Shown here one piece after another: positions 17,621 to 26,584 of a stretch of DNA of 32,000 nucleotides (its first letter is position 1; each line of letters opens with the position of its first letter). A model generated the notes under the pieces. That model ran no database searches, had not been told where the DNA came from, and was given only the letters and a program-made list of their open reading frames with translations. Origin of the DNA: Coprobacillaceae bacterium (GTDB lineage Bacteria; Bacillota_I; Bacilli_A; Erysipelotrichales; Coprobacillaceae); contig OY780959.1 in the NCBI GenBank assembly GCA_963675915.1, positions 1,350,001 through 1,382,000 of the forward strand. The letters are read 5' to 3'. A program made the translations under genes and the position numbers.

Positions 17621-17657
17621 AAAACGGAAACCCTTGTTAATTGGGAGTTTCCGTTTT
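17621..17657 (-). terminator. Rho-independent, potentially bidirectional terminator after the LuxR-type regulator gene
   Basis: AAAACGGAAAC(CC) at 17621-17633 pairs with (GGGA)GTTTCCGTTTT at 17643-17657. It has A/T tracts on both sides and lies 16 nt downstream of the stop at 17673. Confidence 0.75.
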
Positions 17658-17672
17658 ATATTATTACGCTTT

Positions 17673-20090
17673 TTAAATTAAGTTGCGTTCCTTAGCCTCT
17701 TTGACAGCCCTCGCCCGATTATCAACTTCGAGTTTCCTGAAGATATTGGCGATATGGTATTTCACCGTTGAAATACTTAAATTAAGATGTTCCCCAATAA
17801 TGGAATTGGTATGACCGTCGGCTATTTTACGGATGACCTCAGTCTCCCTGGAAGTCAAAAGGTCAATTTTCCGCTCACCTTCTAAGTAGCTTGGATAATG
17901 GTTGGCCATTTCCTGAATACTCCTGGTTACTATGTTGAAATAACTTGACTCCAGTTGAACCGGGCCCCACTCCATTTCCTTCCATAAAGGTAAAAGGGCA
18001 GCTCCGTGATCCGCTAGTACTTGGACAAACGAATACTCACTGGCTGTCAGTATTGCTTCTTGTAACAGTTCCTGCCAATTATCATTTCTTCGATAACATA
18101 TAATTGCCTTCAAGAGTTTAACTTCGATTCCCATATAGGTGCGCTCATATAATTTGGTAAACTCCTCAAGTTTATTTAAAATCAAGCAAGCTTCCAGATA
18201 ATTGCCCTTGCTGATATAACATTTCGCTTTGGTGATCAAGACATAACGATCAGAGATGATAAAAGGAGCATACTCATCAGGCGCAGCATCTTCAAGCCAC
18301 TTGTTGATAGCGACGCCATTGCCATTTAACAGTATACTATTGACGATGGTAGCTTCGATATTTTCCAGTAACTCATAATTGGCGGATTTTAGAGCCTGCT
18401 CCTTGACTTTTTCGAGCAGCTCAACCGCTTTGTCATTTCGTCCTTCGGATTGCAAAACCCGCATCATGATGCTGGTTGCGGTATATTGGATTCGGATATT
18501 ACCGCCAGTCAAAGCAGTTTCATAGCCCTTGGTCAAATACTCCATCGCAGTAATCCGATCAGCTTTTTCATAGAAAATCTCACCCATGCAAACTTCTGCC
18601 AATCCTATTGCTTCCTTGCCAAAAGCAGTCTCAACCGCTTTTTTCATCATCGGATATATTCGCTTGGCATTCTTGGCCCAATTAGTGAGGTCAAGGCCTC
18701 CATTGATGACACTAGGCATATTTCCAGTAGGAAGAATGTTGTCGAACCGGTGTCCGCTTTTGATTACATAGCCCGGCAAATATTTCATCTTCTCCAACAG
18801 TTCGAGACTGTTTCCATGAGGTAGTGAGATCAAAGTTCTCACGTAGATATTCTGAATATCCCGACCTGATTTGGTCTTTCTTTCCTGTTCGGCCAGTAAC
18901 TTCAGTTTTTCAAGAAAACTATTGCTCTTTTCCATTTTCATTTTATAAGAATAAAGCAACGCTTTGGCTGCCCACATTTTAGGTGATTCCTCGATAGTAT
19001 TCGTATCAATGCTTTCAAGACAGTGATCGCAATTACGGACAAAGCGGCTGTCGACTGCCTCAATCAGAATTATTGCCAACTCGGCCACCTTGTCCATTTC
19101 TCCGGCTTCCTTGTAGCAGCTGACTGCATTATTGTAATCACCCCTGCTCTCATAACATTTTCCGCCATTATGATAGATATTTTGCAGTTCATTTTTGGGT
19201 AATTTATGAAGTTTATAGCGCAAAAACTTCAGGAAGAATTCGTGGAATGTATAGTGTCCGGCCTGACATTCGTCAAAAACACTGCTGATCTCATTGATAT
19301 TTTCCATAACCATCATCGCTTTTTCACCCACGATAGCCCGTGCCATGTTCAAGTCAAACTCCGGAAAAACCGCTAGTCTTATCAAACAACCCAGCATCGC
19401 CTCGTCCCACTGGGTGGCAGTGAAGTGATCGAAATAATCGAACAGTTCCTTTCTAACCCGGATTCTGATTTGATTGAAGTCCCTTTTCCCTTCCCGAATT
19501 TGGTTAAGAAATGACTGAATCCCAATTGGATATCCCTGGGTTATTGCCAAGCACTGATCGATAAGATATTCGTGTTCGGCTTTTCCCTGATAAGCTGACA
19601 ATTGTTCGACCTTTAGCAGGGTATCCACCTGCTCCCGATTCAGCCATAATGACTGTTTTCCATCAATGGCAAGCTGTTTGGTAAGGTATAGGGGATTAAG
19701 ATACGTGGGCAAAGATGCCCGGCTGAGCAAAGCAAAAAAGACGTTTTGAGATCTTCCTCTCGTGCTTCGAATCAATTCCCCCAGACGATGTTGAGTGTAA
19801 GCTGATTTAATCCAGTGCAAATCATCCAGAATAATCAGGGTCTGCTTAGTTTGAGAGCAATCCTTGTTGATGTAATCCTCGACTTCCTCGATAAATGTGT
19901 TTGTGTCCGCCGAGAAAATGTTCAACTCATCATAGTAATTGGCTGCTAACTCCATGGCAATTGTCGTCTTTCCAATCCCTGTCATCGCATAGACATACAA
20001 GCAATGATAGCGGTCCAATAGTTGTTTCCATTTTTCAAGTATCGTCGTATTTAAAACGCAATTGTTTTCAGTTATATATATTTTCCCCAT
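17673..20090 (-). CDS. MalT/LAL-like STAND transcriptional regulator: N-terminal P-loop NTPase, helical/TPR-like middle region, C-terminal LuxR-type HTH
   Basis: Walker A YVYAMTGIGKTTIA and Walker B LIILDDLHW. The C-terminus LTSRETEVIRKIADGHTNSIIGEHLNLSISTVKYHIANIFRKLEV is a canonical LuxR/GerE HTH. 805 aa. Confidence 0.85.
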   Translation of the reverse strand: MGKIYITENNCVLNTTILEKWKQLLDRYHCLYVYAMTGIGKTTIAMELAANYYDELNIFSADTNTFIEEVEDYINKDCSQTKQTLIILDDLHWIKSAYTQHRLGELIRSTRGRSQNVFFALLSRASLPTYLNPLYLTKQLAIDGKQSLWLNREQVDTLLKVEQLSAYQGKAEHEYLIDQCLAITQGYPIGIQSFLNQIREGKRDFNQIRIRVRKELFDYFDHFTATQWDEAMLGCLIRLAVFPEFDLNMARAIVGEKAMMVMENINEISSVFDECQAGHYTFHEFFLKFLRYKLHKLPKNELQNIYHNGGKCYESRGDYNNAVSCYKEAGEMDKVAELAIILIEAVDSRFVRNCDHCLESIDTNTIEESPKMWAAKALLYSYKMKMEKSNSFLEKLKLLAEQERKTKSGRDIQNIYVRTLISLPHGNSLELLEKMKYLPGYVIKSGHRFDNILPTGNMPSVINGGLDLTNWAKNAKRIYPMMKKAVETAFGKEAIGLAEVCMGEIFYEKADRITAMEYLTKGYETALTGGNIRIQYTATSIMMRVLQSEGRNDKAVELLEKVKEQALKSANYELLENIEATIVNSILLNGNGVAINKWLEDAAPDEYAPFIISDRYVLITKAKCYISKGNYLEACLILNKLEEFTKLYERTYMGIEVKLLKAIICYRRNDNWQELLQEAILTASEYSFVQVLADHGAALLPLWKEMEWGPVQLESSYFNIVTRSIQEMANHYPSYLEGERKIDLLTSRETEVIRKIADGHTNSIIGEHLNLSISTVKYHIANIFRKLEVDNRARAVKEAKERNLI

Positions 20091-20325
20091 ACTTTCCCCT
20101 CTAAACCAAAATAATCACTACAGTTAACTAATCCCCAAGCAACTTATCGGATTTAATATCCAAATAAATCCTTATTATATTATTAGACATCATATTTTAT
20201 GAGTCAAACATAATAAACTTGATAGTCCGATTTAAAATTCCGGGAAAGTTCCATTAGTAAAAGTTTAGGTACAATTATGCATCCATTCATGATTTGTACC
20301 CTAACAGCATCATTTAGAATGTTTG

Positions 20326-20363
20326 TTGACATAACTAAATAATTAGTGCTAATATTTAGTTAT
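20326..20363 (+). promoter_or_regulatory. Strong promoter for the LacI-family gene, overlapped by a near-perfect palindrome. The geometry predicts a leaderless mRNA.
   Basis: TTGACA (20326-20331), 18 nt, then TGcTAATAT (20347-20355). The start-codon A at 20362 is 7 nt after the -10, and no SD is present. There is an 11-bp perfect inverted repeat: ATAACTAAATA (20331-20341) and TATTTAGTTAT (20353-20363). Confidence 0.6.
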
Positions 20364-21375
20364 GAAAAAACAGAAAATAACTATGAGTGATATTGCCAAA
20401 ATCGCAGGGGTCAGTCAGGGAACTGTCAGTAACGCCTTGAATAATAGAAAGGGTAGCTTATCAAATGAAAAGAGAACTGAAATTCTCAAAATTGCGGCAG
20501 ACCTGGGCTATACAAAAACCAAAGATTATGGAATCATCCGGCTGATATTGGTTGAAAATGAAACTTTGAACCGTAACAACTTCCACAATCCCTTCTTCTC
20601 GGAGATGCTTCGAGGAATCCAGAGCGAATGCGAAAGCAACAATTATCAACTACTGATTACTTATATCAACATCTCTGAATTGAATTCAATTGGAAGCAGT
20701 GACAGACAAATGAATGTCTCAGGAAATATCATTCTTGGGACGTTGTTGAAACCTGAAGATGTTAAACACTTGGATAATATTGAAATCCCGTATGTTGTCA
20801 TGGATACCTCAATTCCCGGCAAACCGGTTGACTTCGTTTCAATCGATAACTTCAATGGGATGTATGAAATCGGAAACTACCTAACTTCAATGGGCCACCA
20901 AATTTTTGGCTTGATTACCTTGGTACCGATAATCAATAACTTCAAAGAACGACGCAACGGACTGATCCAGGCTTTAGAAGACAAAGAGCTCAGTTTTGAT
21001 CCGGATTACGAAATACAGTTCAAGCCCGGAGATACAATCAGCCAGCTTGTCAAAGAATATTTCCAAAAACTGGACGATCTCAGCAAACCTCGTCCCACTG
21101 CCATTGTTGCTATGAATGATTTCCTGGCTTTGGAACTGATTAGCGGCCTAAAACAGTTGGATAGCGATATTTCAGTAACCGGATTCGATAATATTGAAAT
21201 GGGAAGAATCTCTTATCCTGCCCTCACCACTGTTGATGTTGATAAATTCCTCCTGGGTCAAAGTTCGGTTAGAAGACTAATGGCCAAAATCAACAACAAT
21301 GATGATTCTCATCAAAGGATTTTGATTTCAACCAAACTGACAATCAGAAAAAGCGTAAAAAATCTCAATCAATAA
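20362..21375 (+). CDS. LacI/GalR-family transcriptional regulator
   Basis: N-terminal HTH MSDIAKIAGVSQGTVSNALNN, then a periplasmic-binding-protein-like sugar-binding core (VAMNDFLALELISGL, GFDNIE). 337 aa. Confidence 0.9.
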   Translation: MKKQKITMSDIAKIAGVSQGTVSNALNNRKGSLSNEKRTEILKIAADLGYTKTKDYGIIRLILVENETLNRNNFHNPFFSEMLRGIQSECESNNYQLLITYINISELNSIGSSDRQMNVSGNIILGTLLKPEDVKHLDNIEIPYVVMDTSIPGKPVDFVSIDNFNGMYEIGNYLTSMGHQIFGLITLVPIINNFKERRNGLIQALEDKELSFDPDYEIQFKPGDTISQLVKEYFQKLDDLSKPRPTAIVAMNDFLALELISGLKQLDSDISVTGFDNIEMGRISYPALTTVDVDKFLLGQSSVRRLMAKINNNDDSHQRILISTKLTIRKSVKNLNQ

Positions 21376-21416
21376 CAGTCCAGCCAAAATTCAATCACAA
21401 GAAATCTACACCATCT

Positions 21417-21443
21417 AACTCCTGAAGCTTCAGGAGTTTTTTG
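21417..21443 (+). terminator. Rho-independent terminator after the LacI-family gene
   Basis: A 22-nt perfect palindrome AACTCCTGAAGCTTCAGGAGTT followed by TTTTTG, 42 nt after the stop. Confidence 0.8.
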
Positions 21444-21509
21444 TTATTTACGACTATTTGGCCACTTATCGCCCAACTAATAATATTACTAATAATTACT
21501 AATATTTTA

Positions 21510-21538
21510 TTGACACAACGAAATTTAATTAGTATCAT
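21510..21538 (+). promoter_or_regulatory. Candidate sigma-A promoter of the DUF1593-like lipoprotein gene
   Basis: TTGACA (21510-21515), 17 nt, then TATCAT (21533-21538). It is preceded by an AT-rich block with three ACTAATA(A/T)T repeats at 21476-21506. Confidence 0.55.
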
Positions 21539-21555
21539 TGTAAGTGTGCAAATTA

Positions 21556-21569
21556 TGTAAGGGTTTGCA
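21556..21569 (+). promoter_or_regulatory. cre-like / LacI-family operator candidate between the promoter and the RBS
   Basis: TGTAAGGGTTTGCA fits the 14-mer pattern TGNAANCGNNNNCA except at the central C. A second TGTAAG half-site lies at 21539-21544, and TGCAAA (21547-21552) is inverted relative to TTTGCA (21564-21569). Confidence 0.4.
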
Positions 21570-21588
21570 GACACAAGGAGGAGAACGA

Positions 21589-23223
21589 ATGAGCAAAGTT
21601 TTGAAAACACTGGCAGCCGGATTCATGGTAGCCAGTTGTGTGGGTTGCAGCAGTACCAGCGCAACCAATGACAATCTGACCATAGTGCCAGAAGAAGACC
21701 GTCCTCGAGCAATTATCTCGACCGACGTCGAATGTGATGATATGAACTCCTTAATTCATTTATCACTCTATTTCAATGAAGTTGATTTGGATGGGGTAGT
21801 CTATTCAGCTTCAAAGTACCACTTCAATGGTGATGGGGAACATACTTTAGGGGAAGTAAATCCTAACTATTTATGTGAAGGTGAAGCGGTTTATACAACC
21901 CGGACCGGAGGAGCAACACCTGATCCAGCTGCGACTAACTTGACAAGTTACCGCGAAATCCCAACTAACTGGATCGAAGACCTTTGGGACACTGAATATC
22001 GTGAAGCCTATGAGCATCTTTCAACTAATGATGCCAACTATCCAACACCAGACTATCTTCTAGATATCACCAAAAAAGGTAATATTGCTTTCGAAGGTGA
22101 TGTCCGCGAGGATACTGAAGGCTCTGATCTGATCAAGAATGCGATTCTTGATGATGACGAGCGGAAACTGTTCGTATTTTCATGGGGAGGCTTCAATACC
22201 GTTGCTCGGGCATTGATGTCGATTGCCGCTGATTATCAAGATACGGACCAATGGGCTCAAATCCAAGCAAAAGTTGTAAACAAAGTTGTTATCAGCGGAA
22301 ATGGTCAGGACAACAGTTATGTTGATAACGATATTCCCGGATTATATCCAGGACTGCAACTGATGAGCACTACCAATGGCTACGGTGTTTACTTTGCACC
22401 TATTTTAGCAGGACCTTTCTCACCGGCCGATATGAGACCGATGTTAGGAACAGCAGCTGATGCCAACTATACTTTCCAATCTGAATGGCTGAAAGAAAAT
22501 ATCGAATTCGATCATGGTTCAATGATGGAAAAATACAACCTAATGGGCGATGGAACTGTATTTGACGATGAACCTGATGCATACCAATATGGTTTGTATC
22601 CGACAATCGACTGGGGCTACGATGCCTTCCCGGCAACAACATTCGATGATTATGACTTCCTGGCTGAAGGTGACAGTGGCGGATTCATGGCTCTGTTGAA
22701 CAATGGTTTACGTGGAATTTCTGAAAATGGAAACTACGGTTCATGGATTGGTCGAGTTTCATTCAACGATGAACAACTGCCAACTGGTTACAACTATCTA
22801 ACTGGAATGCCAGGAGATGGAAACCGATTCTTATTGGCTTATCAACAAGACTGGGCAGCAAGAGCTGACTGGTGTGTCAATGACTACTCCGATGCCAACC
22901 ATGCTCCAGTTGTCAATGTGGCTGAAACTGAAATCACCGGGGCACCAGGACAATCAGTAGCGATCCAAGGGGAAGTTATGGATCCTGATGGTGATAATGT
23001 TCATACTACTTGGTGGGTTTATAATGAAGGTAGCATCTACAACGGAACTGCCGGAGAACTTCGGGTTTATCACCCTGCCAACCTGGCTACTGGATTCACA
23101 ATTCCTTTGGATGCTCAAGACGGAGATTACTTCAATATCGTCCTTGAAGCCCAAGATGATGCTGATGCCCCAATGACTCGTTACAACCAAGTTATTGTTA
23201 AAGTATCAACAGCAGCTAACTAA
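21589..23223 (+). CDS. Lipoprotein with a DUF1593-like (nucleoside-hydrolase-like, 'cellulose-binding Sde182'-type) N-terminal domain and an Ig-like C-terminal domain
   Basis: ATG 21589 follows AAGGAGG. Lipobox signal MSKVLKTLAAGFMVASCVGC. RAIISTDVECDDMNSLIHLSLYFNEVDLDGVVYS resembles the DUF1593 N-terminal signature. The C-terminal ANHAPVVNV...GDNVHTTWWVY is typical of the family's C-terminal domain. The track's GTG 21544 start lies inside the promoter/operator region. Confidence 0.7.
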   Translation: MSKVLKTLAAGFMVASCVGCSSTSATNDNLTIVPEEDRPRAIISTDVECDDMNSLIHLSLYFNEVDLDGVVYSASKYHFNGDGEHTLGEVNPNYLCEGEAVYTTRTGGATPDPAATNLTSYREIPTNWIEDLWDTEYREAYEHLSTNDANYPTPDYLLDITKKGNIAFEGDVREDTEGSDLIKNAILDDDERKLFVFSWGGFNTVARALMSIAADYQDTDQWAQIQAKVVNKVVISGNGQDNSYVDNDIPGLYPGLQLMSTTNGYGVYFAPILAGPFSPADMRPMLGTAADANYTFQSEWLKENIEFDHGSMMEKYNLMGDGTVFDDEPDAYQYGLYPTIDWGYDAFPATTFDDYDFLAEGDSGGFMALLNNGLRGISENGNYGSWIGRVSFNDEQLPTGYNYLTGMPGDGNRFLLAYQQDWAARADWCVNDYSDANHAPVVNVAETEITGAPGQSVAIQGEVMDPDGDNVHTTWWVYNEGSIYNGTAGELRVYHPANLATGFTIPLDAQDGDYFNIVLEAQDDADAPMTRYNQVIVKVSTAAN

Positions 23224-23296
23224 TCAATATACCCGTAATTATTATAATTTCTATAGACATTTTTAAAACTCCAAACCACACAAATTTAGGGACTTT

Positions 23297-23328
23297 AAAA
23301 GATGCTTCCATTGCGGAAGCATCTTTTG
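23297..23328 (+). terminator. Rho-independent terminator after the DUF1593-like gene
   Basis: AAAAGATGCTTCC-ATTGC-GGAAGCATCTTTT followed by G. Confidence 0.75.
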
Positions 23329-23392
23329 CTTTGCCTTGATTCACTTATGATTTTACAGCAACAAAATTTACAAAAAAAGTCCAATATTAAAA

Positions 23393-23409
23393 GAGCGAAC
23401 TATTCGCTC
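23393..23409. terminator. Short hairpin terminator immediately after paralog A, with T/A tracts on both sides
   Basis: GAGCGAA-CTA-TTCGCTC flanked by AAAA and CTTTTT. It abuts the stop codon at 23414-23416. Confidence 0.5.
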
Positions 23410-23413
23410 CTTT

Positions 23414-24217
23414 TTATAAATCAATTCTTGAAAGCACCAGTGTTTCCTGTTTGCCATTCCAGCTGAAATCCCAAGTGATTGGCTGATCAATGTCGCCAAA
23501 GAAATGGAATCCCCATGAACTCCCTAGATTTCTATATGAATCGCTATCCGTATCAATAGGCAACCCTTGGTATACGCTACTCCCAGTAGGGCCATCTATT
23601 TCCATTTCCACATCTACCTGATCGTTGGGATCCTCACCGATAAATCTGACCTCCAATACATCTTTAGCAAATCGGTCATTATAGCTAACCCCGTTCTGGT
23701 CAACTATTTCATTATCATAGTATTCCAGCGTAAATCTGGCATCCCAGTCTTCGCTGGTTGCGCCAAATACCGCTGTTTGAATATTGTTCAAATTCACATT
23801 TATCGCTTGATAGACACCGTTTTTTTCGGCCATACCTGTTTGCAAAATCATAACGTTGCGCGTTTGTAATTTTTGAATTATCGGTTCATTACTATTGGGA
23901 ACAACCCCATTCACCACTACCGCATCACGATCCTTAATGTCATCAAAGACGTACACCCACAGATGATCAATTGGACTATTGATGGTGTATATTGTCGGCT
24001 TTACTCCCCCGAGTTGATAGTCATCCGGATTCAAATCAGAGTCCGCTTCTAAAACAACCCCGCTTTGTTCAATTTCCTCGACAATGTCAGTGTTAGTATA
24101 CCAAACCGACTCCTGGTTGCTGTCGAGTTGGCCATCTCCCTGATCTTGGTTCAAATACCAGGCACCGACGCCAAGCAGACATATTGTAATTGCTGCGGCA
24201 AATATCTTCCTTTTCAT
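23414..24217 (-). CDS. Membrane-anchored (N-terminal TM/signal-anchor) protein of unknown function, paralog A
   Basis: ATG 24217 is preceded by AAGGAGGAAAG. MKRKIFAAAITICLLGVGAWYL forms the TM segment. The first 130 or so residues are highly similar to the next gene (for example ESVWYTNTDIVEEIEQSGVVLEADSDLNPDDYQL versus ESIWYTTADIVEAIEQTGVVLEADSDFNPRDYQL). Confidence 0.75.
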   Translation of the reverse strand: MKRKIFAAAITICLLGVGAWYLNQDQGDGQLDSNQESVWYTNTDIVEEIEQSGVVLEADSDLNPDDYQLGGVKPTIYTINSPIDHLWVYVFDDIKDRDAVVVNGVVPNSNEPIIQKLQTRNVMILQTGMAEKNGVYQAINVNLNNIQTAVFGATSEDWDARFTLEYYDNEIVDQNGVSYNDRFAKDVLEVRFIGEDPNDQVDVEMEIDGPTGSSVYQGLPIDTDSDSYRNLGSSWGFHFFGDIDQPITWDFSWNGKQETLVLSRIDL

Positions 24218-24335
24218 CACTTTCCTCCTTGTATAATCGCAAGTAACATTGTAACACATCAATGAAAAAAAACAGTTAATTTTTACAATTATGTAACTTT
24301 ATTGCAACTCAATCAATTTAATCATTTGGTATGGT

Positions 24336-24370
24336 TCCAAAAAAGGATTCCAAATTATTGGGATCCTTTT
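24336..24370 (-). terminator. Rho-independent terminator after paralog B
   Basis: AAAAGGATTCC (24341-24351) pairs with GGGATCCTTTT (24360-24370), giving 11 bp including one G-U. On the minus strand it is followed by UUUUUU. Confidence 0.65.
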
Positions 24371-24426
24371 GTCCTTTTAATAGGTGATTCTCTTGACCTT
24401 AGTAATCAATGACTGCTATTTAGATG

Positions 24427-25230
24427 CTACTGGTTAATCGGCTCCAAATCCATTATTTCTTCATTTCCGTTCCAACTAATCTTGCAGGTCAGGGGTTGAG
24501 TTGGATCAGCATCGAAAATTGTCCGATTGTACCCTATTGGATAATAACGATCAGCTTTAAGATCAAAGAAACTGGGGTTATAATTATAATTTATGCTCCC
24601 ATTGGCTAATTGAATTTTGATGGTCACAACTTGTTGGTCAATTCCCAAATCAGGACCGAGGTACTTAATTTCATCTCCTACAATAGCGGCTTGATCGAGG
24701 TATATTTTACCGGAATCCGCCCTTATTTCATTGCGGTAATAATCCAAATTATGCCGCACTTGCCAATTGTCGCTTGTTCCGCCAAACACTTGACTTTTCA
24801 GATCGTTCATTTGTCGATTGATCAAATTGTTGATTGTAGTTTGGCCTGCAATCCCATCCTGTAAAATCAGGACATTACGGGTTTGCAACCTTTGCGTTAT
24901 CGGTTGATCCCAATGCTGTAACCACCCATCGCTAGCCACCTCATCACGCTCATTGATATCATCGAAGATGTACAGCCATAAATGATTGATGGAATTGTTG
25001 ATGGCATAAATTGTCGGATTGATTCCCGCCAGCTGGTAATCCCTTGGATTAAAATCGGAATCCGCTTCTAAAACTACTCCGGTTTGTTCGATTGCCTCGA
25101 CAATGTCAGCAGTAGTATACCAAATTGATTCACTGTTGGAATCAGCTTGATCGCCCTCCCGGTTCAAATACCAGACCCCGACGCCAAGCAGACATATTAT
25201 TACTATGGCGGTTACTATTTTACTTCTCAT
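24427..25230 (-). CDS. Membrane-anchored protein of unknown function, paralog B
   Basis: MRSKIVTAIVIICLLGVGVWYL forms the TM anchor. An AAGGAGAAAAG RBS precedes the start. 267 aa. The N-terminal half is paralogous to 23414-24217 and the C-terminal half has diverged. Confidence 0.75.
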   Translation of the reverse strand: MRSKIVTAIVIICLLGVGVWYLNREGDQADSNSESIWYTTADIVEAIEQTGVVLEADSDFNPRDYQLAGINPTIYAINNSINHLWLYIFDDINERDEVASDGWLQHWDQPITQRLQTRNVLILQDGIAGQTTINNLINRQMNDLKSQVFGGTSDNWQVRHNLDYYRNEIRADSGKIYLDQAAIVGDEIKYLGPDLGIDQQVVTIKIQLANGSINYNYNPSFFDLKADRYYPIGYNRTIFDADPTQPLTCKISWNGNEEIMDLEPINQ

Positions 25231-25350
25231 AACTTTTCTCCTTGTTGAATTATAGTAACATCATAACACACTAATGAAAAAAAACAGTTAATTTTTATAT
25301 TTGTGTAACTTTATTGCAACTCAACTAATTTCAATCAGTGGGCAACCCAA

Positions 25351-25384
25351 AAACAAAAAAGATTCCCGTCATAGGAATCCTTTT
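25351..25384 (-). terminator. Rho-independent terminator after the aldo/keto reductase gene
   Basis: GATTCC (25361-25366) pairs with GGAATC (25374-25379). On the minus strand it is followed by UUUUUUGUUUUU. Confidence 0.6.
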
Positions 25385-25411
25385 AAACTTTATTAGCTTT
25401 CTTTTATAACC

Positions 25412-26332
25412 TTATGGCAGAGGTTTGTCTTCAGCAAGATAGAGATCATACCACTGTTGGCGAGTCAAGGTAAAACTGGTTGCCTGAGCCAATTCCTTAA
25501 GATGGACAATAGAAGTTGTTCCAATCACGGTAATAATGCTGGCGGGATGACGGAGCACCCAAGCGGTCGCCACCGTACTCTTGGTGACGTTGTTTTCATC
25601 GGCGATTTCCTGAAGCACTTGATTGAGCTTGGGATAACTAGGATTATCGATGAAAGTGCCTTCAGCCCATGAAGCCTGAATCGGACTCCAAGCCTGCAGC
25701 GAAATATCATTCAAGCGACAATAATCCAGAAGACTACCATCACGGTCGATGGCCTGTTCATCTGTCATGTTCAAGAAAAGCGGGGCATCAATCATCATCG
25801 AATGCACAATTGAAAACTGAACCTGATTAGTGATCAACGGTTGCTTCATATATTTTTTTAGCAGTTCCATCTGCATTGGGGTGTAGTTGGAAACTCCAAA
25901 GTATTTGACCAGTCCTTTTTGATGAAGCTCCTCGAAGACTTCGGCGATCTCTTGAGGATCACTTAAAGCATCCGGGCGATGCAATAGCAAGATATCCAGA
26001 TAATCACATTGCAGTCTTTCAAGCGATTCATTGACGTGAGCCATGATGTATTCTTTTGAAGAATCGTATCTTTTACCCGGCACGATTCCACATTTTGTTT
26101 GGATAACCATTTCTTTTCTAAGTTCCGGATTCCGTTTTAACACCTCACCGAATATGGCTTCGGACTTTCCGGCCCCATAAATATCGGCATGATCAAAAAA
26201 ATTAATTCCTTCACCCAGAGCCGTTTTTACCAGTTCTTCTACCTCTTCAACAGTTTTGTTTGCAATTCTCATGCAGCCAAATGCCAACCGTGAGACTTTC
26301 AAATCAGTCTTAGGCAATACATAATAATCCAT
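25412..26332 (-). CDS. Aldo/keto reductase family oxidoreductase
   Basis: 306 aa. LAFGCMRI, INFFDHADIYGAGKSE (catalytic D/Y region), LDILLLHRPD, and GVSNY match AKR signatures. A GGAGGT RBS lies 7 nt upstream. Confidence 0.9.
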   Translation of the reverse strand: MDYYVLPKTDLKVSRLAFGCMRIANKTVEEVEELVKTALGEGINFFDHADIYGAGKSEAIFGEVLKRNPELRKEMVIQTKCGIVPGKRYDSSKEYIMAHVNESLERLQCDYLDILLLHRPDALSDPQEIAEVFEELHQKGLVKYFGVSNYTPMQMELLKKYMKQPLITNQVQFSIVHSMMIDAPLFLNMTDEQAIDRDGSLLDYCRLNDISLQAWSPIQASWAEGTFIDNPSYPKLNQVLQEIADENNVTKSTVATAWVLRHPASIITVIGTTSIVHLKELAQATSFTLTRQQWYDLYLAEDKPLP

Positions 26333-26584
26333 TAAAATACCTCCATATTTTTCGTTATGAACATTGTACTACTTTTTTACTTTCAAAACGTTGTTCTTGC
26401 ATCTTTAGAAAAATAAGTTCAAATATTATCTTTGAAAAGTGACTGATCAACGTAAAAAGTTCAACATCTCAAAGTAAAAATCAATAATATATCGATAATT
26501 GTCGATTTTGGTGACAAAGTTACTGAACAATTGAAAAATTCAGGTTATAATCCCAGTATAAACAAATTAAGAGGAGGTAACTTT

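Larger units (their letters stand above)
23414..25345 (-). repeat. Tandem duplication of about 1 kb (gene plus 5' UTR/promoter plus upstream terminator-like hairpin), two diverged copies
   Basis: The upstream segments 24218-24330 and 25231-25340 align almost base for base (...AATGAAAAAAAACAGTTAATTTTTA..TGTAACTTTATTGCAACTCAA...). The coding 5' halves are also alignable. Each copy carries TTGCAA, 16 nt, TAAAAT on the minus strand. Confidence 0.8.

Noticed and set aside
21417-21438. A 22-bp perfect palindrome centred on AAGCTT as a possible operator or R-M target
   Set aside because: It follows the LacI stop codon and is followed by a T-run. The simplest reading is an intrinsic terminator.
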